Source: an uncultured Chloroflexia bacterium (GTDB lineage Bacteria; Chloroflexota; Anaerolineae; Anaerolineales; UBA11858). From it: a stretch of DNA of 40,000 nt. Shown here one piece after another: positions 34,122 to 40,000 of the stretch. The stretch's first letter is position 1; the number at the start of each line of letters is the position of its first letter. The notes beneath the pieces were generated by a model. It did not search any database. It was not told the DNA's origin and saw nothing but the letters and a program-made list of their open reading frames with translations. The position numbers were made by a program, and so were the translations under genes. Location of the stretch: assembly GCA_963716695.1 (NCBI GenBank), contig CAVQTT010000024.1, positions 311,562-351,561 on the forward strand, in the 5' to 3' direction.

Positions 34122-34149
34122 GATTACCTCCGGGGAGAATGTTTTGGTT

Positions 34150-34332
34150 CTAGGCCTGGGCTCGGCTGACCAGCAGCTGCCCTGATTGGATCAAGAGCAT
34201 GCCAATCACACTTGCGATCCTGGGTGCCAGGGGATAGGTGATGGACAGGGATTTCACAAGCCGGTAATTTTCAGCCTGCCGTTGAAGTTCTGCGCTTTTG
34301 AATTTGAATTCCAAATAATTTGCTGTAAACAT
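34150..34332 (-). CDS. Small protein (60 aa), paralog A of a tandem pair; unknown function
   Basis: MFTANYLEFKFKSAELQRQAENYRLVKSL...IGMLLIQSGQLLVSRAQA. It has an AGGAGA Shine-Dalgarno and a near-consensus promoter upstream. Confidence 0.65.
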   Translation of the reverse strand: MFTANYLEFKFKSAELQRQAENYRLVKSLSITYPLAPRIASVIGMLLIQSGQLLVSRAQA

Positions 34333-34368
34333 GGTATTCTCCTGTTTCTGAAACTGAACATTGCTTAC

Positions 34369-34396
34369 AGTATATCAAATAAATTTAGTTTGTCAA
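34369..34396 (-). promoter_or_regulatory. Sigma70-type promoter for the small-protein/LiaX-like operon (TTGACA - 16 nt - TATACT)
   Basis: The minus strand reads ctcTTGACAaactaaatttatttgaTATACTgtaagc, about 35 nt upstream of ATG 34332. An AT-rich AATATTAATA-repeat block (34405-34445) lies just upstream, like an UP element. Confidence 0.6.
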
Positions 34397-34563
34397 GAGC
34401 AAATATAAGAAATATTAATAACAATATTAATATTATTAATATACTGGAGTGAAATCACGTGTTTTGGAGGGTATTTAACCCTTAACCCACAAGATCGCTG
34501 GCTTGAATTGGGGCCAAAGCGGTTAGGAGAGCAGTAATTAATTCTCTTAGAGGGGGTGAAAAA

Positions 34564-36036
34564 TCAGGGAATCGGGGTTGGCGCGTTGATTAAGCTTTTT
34601 TCTTCGGCATCGACACTGGCCGAGACAGATTCGGTAAAACGGGTGAGGGTTCCCAGGTATTCAGCCCGCCCTTCGGCTGGAACCCAGGCGTCCATCACAA
34701 AGGGCAGGACCCCGGCAGCGGGAATCCACTCCCCGTTATATTTCCGGGCAATGTGGATATGGGATCCGGTGCTCTCCCCACCCTCGCAGGAGGGATGGCC
34801 AATTTGATCCCCGGTCTGGAGCTGATCGCCGACACTGACTTTGTGCTGGGTTCCCAGGTGAAGGTACAAGATCACCCAGCCGGTCCGGTAGTCCCCATCG
34901 CCATCCAGGTCAAGTTCAACCAGACCGGTTTCAGAGCGGGCGATCACACCCGGAGCCACTGCCACAGCCCATTCGGAAGTAATTTCACAGCCGGACTCAG
35001 CGCTGGGAGGAGCAAAATCCAGAGCAGCCCAGGGATCTCCCTGCCCCCAACCGGTATGGGGTCCGCCGGTAAAAGCCCAGGTCTTTCCACTTTCAAAAGG
35101 CAGTTTCAGTTCGGGCTGCCGGAGACTGCCCGGGATCACAGGCTGGCAGTTCCAGGGATCTCCGAAGAGCCGGGTATAGGCCTGCAGAAAACCATTCGGG
35201 CTGGTGCTGTGAAGATAGGTTTCCCGGGGCTCTAAAAGTGAAAAATAGTACTGCAATCCCACAGTTCCAGCATTCTGCCAGGGATCGGGATGTTCAATGG
35301 TACGATTTGTGAATTCTAGGGTATCCAGACGATTGGTGGTCCAGCCGTAATACCCTTGATTGAGGGTGTTTGCGGCCCAGACTAACTGGATATAAAGGCC
35401 GTGGTACCCGGTCTTCTCATAACCCAGAGGATAGCCTGTTAAAAGATTCTCAGGGCTGATCGGGTTGCTGAGAGCGCCAAGTTGATATTCTAATAACGCC
35501 AGCAGCAGTTTGGGGCTGATGCTGAATAGATTAGCGACATAGCTGATTATTTCTGCCCCGGACCGGGTCTGCTCGGCGGCAAACTGCTGGTAATCCTTAA
35601 ACCAGCCAGGTTGGGACTCCACAAATTCACCAATCTCAAAATCGCTCTGAGCCGGTCCATTGACAAAGGCGCAGTTGGGCAGGATCTGGAATTGGGATCC
35701 CCATAAGGACTGATAATAAATCGGGATGGCCATTGGCAATCCCGGAGGAAGGGTGGTCGCATCCGAAGGAATGATAGGATTCTCAGCCAGGATTTCTTGT
35801 ACAGTGGTATTAAAACGGAAAGCCAGGTTGGGAAGGGTATCGCCGCTTTGAGCGAAGTATTCAACCAGCTCCCCTGGAGGATAGACCGGCCGTTCAGTGA
35901 CTGGGATGGCTGATATAGCAGCCGCTGGTGAGGTCGTCAGGTCTGAAGGTGTCAGGGTGGTTGGAACCTGAGCCGTGCAGGCAGCCAAAAATACAATCGC
36001 CCACCAAAATGCGATGTACCGGAAAAGGCGCTGCAT
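34564..36036 (-). CDS. LysM-domain + M23-family metallopeptidase lipoprotein, paralog 1
   Basis: The start is moved to ATG 36036 (MQRLFRYIAFWWAIVFLAAC lipobox). The LysM domain reads YFAQSGDTLPNLAFRFNTTVQEILAENP. The C-terminus has AALDFAP ... GHPSCEGGESTGSHIHIARKYNGEW (HxH zinc motif). Confidence 0.85.
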   Translation of the reverse strand: MQRLFRYIAFWWAIVFLAACTAQVPTTLTPSDLTTSPAAAISAIPVTERPVYPPGELVEYFAQSGDTLPNLAFRFNTTVQEILAENPIIPSDATTLPPGLPMAIPIYYQSLWGSQFQILPNCAFVNGPAQSDFEIGEFVESQPGWFKDYQQFAAEQTRSGAEIISYVANLFSISPKLLLALLEYQLGALSNPISPENLLTGYPLGYEKTGYHGLYIQLVWAANTLNQGYYGWTTNRLDTLEFTNRTIEHPDPWQNAGTVGLQYYFSLLEPRETYLHSTSPNGFLQAYTRLFGDPWNCQPVIPGSLRQPELKLPFESGKTWAFTGGPHTGWGQGDPWAALDFAPPSAESGCEITSEWAVAVAPGVIARSETGLVELDLDGDGDYRTGWVILYLHLGTQHKVSVGDQLQTGDQIGHPSCEGGESTGSHIHIARKYNGEWIPAAGVLPFVMDAWVPAEGRAEYLGTLTRFTESVSASVDAEEKSLINAPTPIP

Positions 36037-36079
36037 ATTTATTCTAGGGAGATCCTGCCGGCAAGACATGGCCTCTATT

Positions 36080-37651
36080 TTACCGCTTAATTTGGCTGCC
36101 TGGCGCGCTGAAGGAACTGGCAATTACCATATTTTCACCCGATTTTGTCAGGCTGCCTTGATAGGCTCTGGCGCCGTTATGGGTGGTCCAGCCACTGAGC
36201 ATAAAGGGAGTCGGTCCATCTGCGGTCATCCACTCACCGTTGTATTTCCTGGCCAGGTGGACATGGGTTCCGGTGGATATGCCCCCTTCACAGGAGGGAT
36301 GGCCGAGGCGGTCACCGGTTGAAACTTCATCACCGGCATTGACCAGGCGGCCTGTTGTTGCAATATGGAGATAAAGCAGCACCCATCCAGAGTGTTCATT
36401 ATCTATATAATCCAGGTTGATGACCACCGCGCCACCCTCGGCCCTGACCACCAAACCGGGGGCAGAGGCAGTCACGTAGGCATAGGACGAAGAGCATTCG
36501 CCTTTAAATCCCGAGGGAGCAAAGTCTATGGCAGATAAGGAACCTTCTCGTTCCCAGGCCCCATGAGGACCACCGGTATAGTTCCAAACCACACCGGGAT
36601 GAAATGGCAGCTCCAGCACCGGTTGGACGAGGTTGTGGGAAAACAGGGGTTCATACTGGGTTCTGGTTTGCGGGGACCCGAACATTGCTTCATAAGTCGT
36701 GATAAATCCGGTATCGTCATCCAAGGCCTGGATCCATTCCTCGCTGTCATGGAGTTGGGAAAAATAATACTGCAGGGCGACTGTCCCGGCATTGAGGCTG
36801 GGTTCGATCCTGGCAGTGACATGATGGGTGATATTCTGAGAATCCTGGAGGATGATTTCCGTCAATCTGCCTTCCCTCCAGCCATAATATCCAATGGAGA
36901 GCTGATTGACTGCCCAGCGGAGCTGATTAACCAAGCCATCATCATCATAGTTGATGTGACCGAGAGGATATTTCAACTGGGCTAAATTTTGAGGCTGCCC
37001 AAAGACCCAATGGCTCTGGTATTCCAACAAAGCCAGAAGTAAAAAAGGGTTGATGGAATTATTCCTGGCGATGTCCCTGATGATCTCGCCGCCGTGGGTC
37101 AAGGAGGAATGTTTGTATTCCCGGGTTTCACTCAGATAGCCCCCGGCCTGATTAATATAGTCAACAATATCGGTTGGAAAATCAGAATCAGTAATGGCCC
37201 TGGAACTCACGAATTCGCTATCTGGCAGCAGATGAGTTCCGGAAGTGGTATTGACCAGCACCTGGGGGATCACCAGCAGGGTGCCGGGATTAATGAAGGA
37301 ACTCTCTGGCAGTTCAACGTTGGACTGGATTTGGTTGACGCTGACTCCAAAATGTGTGGCTACAACTGACAGAGTATCCCCTGCCTGGGAGTGATAGACA
37401 TAAGGTTCCCGCTGGATATCGGGAGTGGGCACCAGAGTTTCAGTGGGAGGGATGTAAAGAGTGGGTGTGGGGCCGCCCCCGGCTGACTGGCTGGGGGTTG
37501 GCTGCAAGGTAGGTTCGGCAGTGGGTTCAGCAACAGGTGTTTTGGGTGTTGGAGTGGATCCCACGGGAGGCACAAAGATCGGGGGAGTTTTTTGATAAAA
37601 ACTGCACCCGGCGAGTGAGATTGCCACCAGAACGATGAGGATCTTTTTCAC
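36080..37651 (-). CDS. LysM-domain + M23-family metallopeptidase lipoprotein, paralog 2
   Basis: GTG 37651 (VKKILIVLVAISLAGC lipobox) lies 7 nt after the upstream stop. The longer track ORF overlaps the upstream gene. LysM reads YHSQAGDTLSVVATHFGVSVNQIQSN and the M23 end GHPSCEGGISTGTHVHLARKYNGEW. Confidence 0.8.
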   Translation of the reverse strand: MKKILIVLVAISLAGCSFYQKTPPIFVPPVGSTPTPKTPVAEPTAEPTLQPTPSQSAGGGPTPTLYIPPTETLVPTPDIQREPYVYHSQAGDTLSVVATHFGVSVNQIQSNVELPESSFINPGTLLVIPQVLVNTTSGTHLLPDSEFVSSRAITDSDFPTDIVDYINQAGGYLSETREYKHSSLTHGGEIIRDIARNNSINPFLLLALLEYQSHWVFGQPQNLAQLKYPLGHINYDDDGLVNQLRWAVNQLSIGYYGWREGRLTEIILQDSQNITHHVTARIEPSLNAGTVALQYYFSQLHDSEEWIQALDDDTGFITTYEAMFGSPQTRTQYEPLFSHNLVQPVLELPFHPGVVWNYTGGPHGAWEREGSLSAIDFAPSGFKGECSSSYAYVTASAPGLVVRAEGGAVVINLDYIDNEHSGWVLLYLHIATTGRLVNAGDEVSTGDRLGHPSCEGGISTGTHVHLARKYNGEWMTADGPTPFMLSGWTTHNGARAYQGSLTKSGENMVIASSFSAPGSQIKR

Positions 37652-37658
37652 TAATAAT

Positions 37659-39164
37659 TTACCGTTTAATGCGATTGAAGTCTGTTTTGGTATCTTCGGC
37701 CCGGATGGTTTGATCTCCAAGCACCAAAATTCCCTGGTACTCATATCCCGATCCCTGGGAGATCCAGCCGTCCAGGTTAAATGGCAGATCCTGATCCGCG
37801 GAAATCCATTCCCCATTATACCGCCGGGCAATATGCAGGTGAGTTCCCGTGGAAACTCCCCCTTCACAGGATGGATGTCCAATCCTGTCACCGGCTCTTA
37901 AACTGACCCCGATTTCTACCCGGTCGAGGGGGTCGATGTGCATATAAAGGATTGACCAGCCGGTCTGGTCATAGGGATCCCCGTCAATACTCTGCATTAC
38001 TGCACCGTGGTCCGAGCGGGTGATGATCCCATCTGCGACTGCAACCACCCAGGCGTTGCTTGACTGGCATCCCAGTTCCTCAGCAAGGGGAGCAAAATCC
38101 AGGGCAGCCCAGGCTGACCCGGTATCCCATCCCCCATGTGGACCACCAGAGAACAACCAGGTGACACTATCCTCAAAGGGGAGCTGTAGCTGAGGCTGGG
38201 CCAGGTCAGCAGGGATCAAGGATCCGTAGGTGAAATCAAATGGGTATCCAAAGAGATCGATGTAGGTTTTCACAAAACCATCTTCCGAGACAGTCGAAAA
38301 CCACTCCTCAAGTGTCATTAATCGGGAAAACAGGTTCTGGACACCGGCTGTCCCGGCATTGATCGTGGGTTCGATCGGCACGTTGACACCGTCTTTGAGA
38401 GTCCAGGTTCCAATTCCATTGACTTTCCAGAGATAGTAGCCCCTGTTGAGTTCATCTGCTGCCCAGGCCAGCTGGTAGTAAAGTCCCTCATAACCAAATT
38501 CACGGTAGCCAAGCGGGTAGGGATTTTCCTGATCATCCCAACCTGTCAGCCAGCCGGTTTGATATTCGATCACTGCCAACAGCAAACGGGGATTAACCGA
38601 ATAGTCCTGAGAGACCTTTGAAATGATCTCCGCAGCACTCAATTCTTCACCATCAAGATCAACCTGATAGGTATTTAAATACCCGGGCAGATTATTGATG
38701 AAGGAATCGACCTGGAAGCGGATAGAATAGGGACCGCGAACCAGTTCCGAATCGGGGATGATCTTAAAACCCGGGCCGATGCCGCTGATCTTTGGGGCGG
38801 GAAGCAGAAGCTGCTGACCGGTAAAGATCAAACTGGGATCGGTGATCTGGTTGGCATCGATGATCTGCCCGGGAAGTATATTATAGTGGTAGGCGATTGA
38901 CTTTATCGTGTCTCCCCACTGGACAGTGTAATAAAGATCTTCAGTCCTCAATGTTGGCAGGGGGAGGGGAGCGTCGGGGGTGGGTGTATAGTAAGGTTGA
39001 TCCGGGATCCGGGTGGGAGGCAGATAGGGATCTATTGTCGGGTCCAATTCTTGCCCTGAACCCACTTTTGAAAAATTAATGTAGGGAGCGGTATGAGCCT
39101 GGCGAGTGCAGGCTGAAATCACAAGAACTAAAAATAACAATTTCAAACGTTTTAAATTGGCCAT
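37659..39164 (-). CDS. LysM-domain + M23-family metallopeptidase lipoprotein, paralog 3
   Basis: The lipobox is MANLKRLKLLFLVLVISAC. LysM reads YTVQWGDTIKSIAYHYNILPGQIIDAN and the M23 end GHPSCEGGVSTGTHLHIARRYNGEW. Confidence 0.88.
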   Translation of the reverse strand: MANLKRLKLLFLVLVISACTRQAHTAPYINFSKVGSGQELDPTIDPYLPPTRIPDQPYYTPTPDAPLPLPTLRTEDLYYTVQWGDTIKSIAYHYNILPGQIIDANQITDPSLIFTGQQLLLPAPKISGIGPGFKIIPDSELVRGPYSIRFQVDSFINNLPGYLNTYQVDLDGEELSAAEIISKVSQDYSVNPRLLLAVIEYQTGWLTGWDDQENPYPLGYREFGYEGLYYQLAWAADELNRGYYLWKVNGIGTWTLKDGVNVPIEPTINAGTAGVQNLFSRLMTLEEWFSTVSEDGFVKTYIDLFGYPFDFTYGSLIPADLAQPQLQLPFEDSVTWLFSGGPHGGWDTGSAWAALDFAPLAEELGCQSSNAWVVAVADGIITRSDHGAVMQSIDGDPYDQTGWSILYMHIDPLDRVEIGVSLRAGDRIGHPSCEGGVSTGTHLHIARRYNGEWISADQDLPFNLDGWISQGSGYEYQGILVLGDQTIRAEDTKTDFNRIKR

Positions 39165-39438
39165 AATTCTGGGTACATTTTACCTTTAACAGGTGCAGCC
39201 TTGCCCCTGAAATCTATTATATGAACTAATTGCAAGATAAATGCCATAAAACCACTTGATTCGGAAGCAAAATCAATGGTAGAAATCTAAAGGTGAGCAT
39301 CCTGGCGAGAAATGAATGGATAACTCAATCTATAATATGGTCCGGATTATGCTTTACTGAAAACCAGGTATAGCTTATGATTATGAAAATACCTCTGCCA
39401 TCAAAGGATGCAGGGAAACCAAAGAGGTCGCCCATTTT

Positions 39439-40000
39439 ATGAAAGCGTTGATCATCTCTGATATTCATGGAAATCGCACAGCCCTGGAAGCGGTTCTGGA
39501 AGCTGCTAATAATGTAGATGCCGTCTGGTGCCTGGGAGATATGATCGGGTATGGTCCGGACCCCAATGATTGTATTGCCATCATTCGTGATTTGCCAAAT
39601 CTGGTCTGTTTGCGCGGGAATCATGATTCTGCTGTGATCGGATTAACCGAGACGGGCAAATTCAATCAGGCGGCTCAACGGGTGCTGGAGTGGACCAAGG
39701 ACCAGCTGAATCCGATCCACCGCCAATACTTACAAAGTCTTTCTCCCCAGGCAGTGATCGATGATGTCACCCTGGTCCACGCCAGTCCCCGGGACCCGAT
39801 TTGGGAATATATCATGGATGTCTACACCGCCACAGCTAACTTCGAGTATTTTGATACGAAATACTGTTTTGTGGGTCATTCTCACCTTCCAGTGCTCTAT
39901 TATCTCCGGAATGGAAAAGACCTGGCCAACGTGACCTTTGTTTATCCTGGCGATACAACCAAACTGCCGGATAGGACTATCGTGAATCCTGGATCTGTAG
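39439..40000 (+). CDS. Metallophosphoesterase (calcineurin-like, YfcE/MJ0936-type), 3' partial at window edge
   Basis: Hand translation from ATG 39439 gives MKALIISDIHGNRTALEAVLEAANNVDAVWCLGDMIGYGPDPNDCIAIIRDLPNLVCLRGNHD. The DxH...GD...GNHD motifs are present and the frame is open to the window end. Confidence 0.85.
   Translation, partial: MKALIISDIHGNRTALEAVLEAANNVDAVWCLGDMIGYGPDPNDCIAIIRDLPNLVCLRGNHDSAVIGLTETGKFNQAAQRVLEWTKDQLNPIHRQYLQSLSPQAVIDDVTLVHASPRDPIWEYIMDVYTATANFEYFDTKYCFVGHSHLPVLYYLRNGKDLANVTFVYPGDTTKLPDRTIVNPGSV

Noticed and set aside
36037-36123. N-terminal extensions of the M23 paralogs in the ORF track (starts 36123 and 37891), the cassette-3 start at 13343, and the CPBP starts at 8208 and 11835.
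   Set aside because: The extensions overlap the upstream gene or an attC site and precede obvious lipoprotein or TM signal sequences. Internal ATG/GTG starts with better context were chosen instead.
39325-39624. ORF 39325-39624 (-), 99 aa.
   Set aside because: It is antisense to the metallophosphoesterase gene, whose DxH/GD/GNHD motifs are unambiguous on the plus strand.

Overview
The window has two parts.

**Integron (1-18030, visibly more AT-rich).** This is a complete chromosomal integron in the classical divergent layout.
- An intact integron-integrase gene (intI, 17053-18030, +) carries the IntI-specific extra domain.
- A ~520-bp attI/promoter region separates intI from the array.
- A minus-strand array holds at least 15 gene cassettes and runs off the left edge.
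- Each cassette is bounded by a recognisable attC site of 65-166 bp. On the plus strand these read RYYYAAC-GGATGAGCTCACCCG ... CGGGTGGAGCGGGG-GTTRRRY.
- Cassette cargo: VapBC and MazEF toxin-antitoxin pairs, a winged-HTH plus nucleotidyltransferase-fold pair, a GNAT acetyltransferase, an APH-like kinase, two CPBP/Abi-family intramembrane proteases, an acyltransferase-3, an aldehyde dehydrogenase, an alpha/beta hydrolase, a PD40 beta-propeller lipoprotein and several unknown membrane proteins.
- The attI-proximal cassette is a multiply frameshifted beta-propeller pseudogene.

**Core chromosome (18031-40000, higher GC).** It encodes:
- a membrane-anchored redoxin, glmS, gatC-gatA, a HAD hydrolase, a PEMT/ICMT-like methyltransferase and a VIT-vWA protein;
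- an SQR-like flavoprotein / TusE-DsrC / DsrE sulfur-relay cluster with a convergent (downstream) XRE-cupin regulator;
- PspC, and a LiaX/YvlB-like (DUF2089-DUF4097) envelope-stress operon led by two tandem paralogous small proteins;
- three tandem LysM-M23 lipoprotein paralogs and a partial metallophosphoesterase.

Four backbone genes carry five single-base +1 insertions at short homopolymers. These are most likely sequencing or assembly artefacts.

No rRNA, tRNA or CRISPR array was recognised. All functional calls rest on motif recognition in the supplied translations; no database search was possible. The best candidates for something undescribed are the unannotatable multi-gene cassettes (especially wHTH+NTase and the double membrane-protein cassette) and the small-protein/LiaX-like/M23 envelope block.
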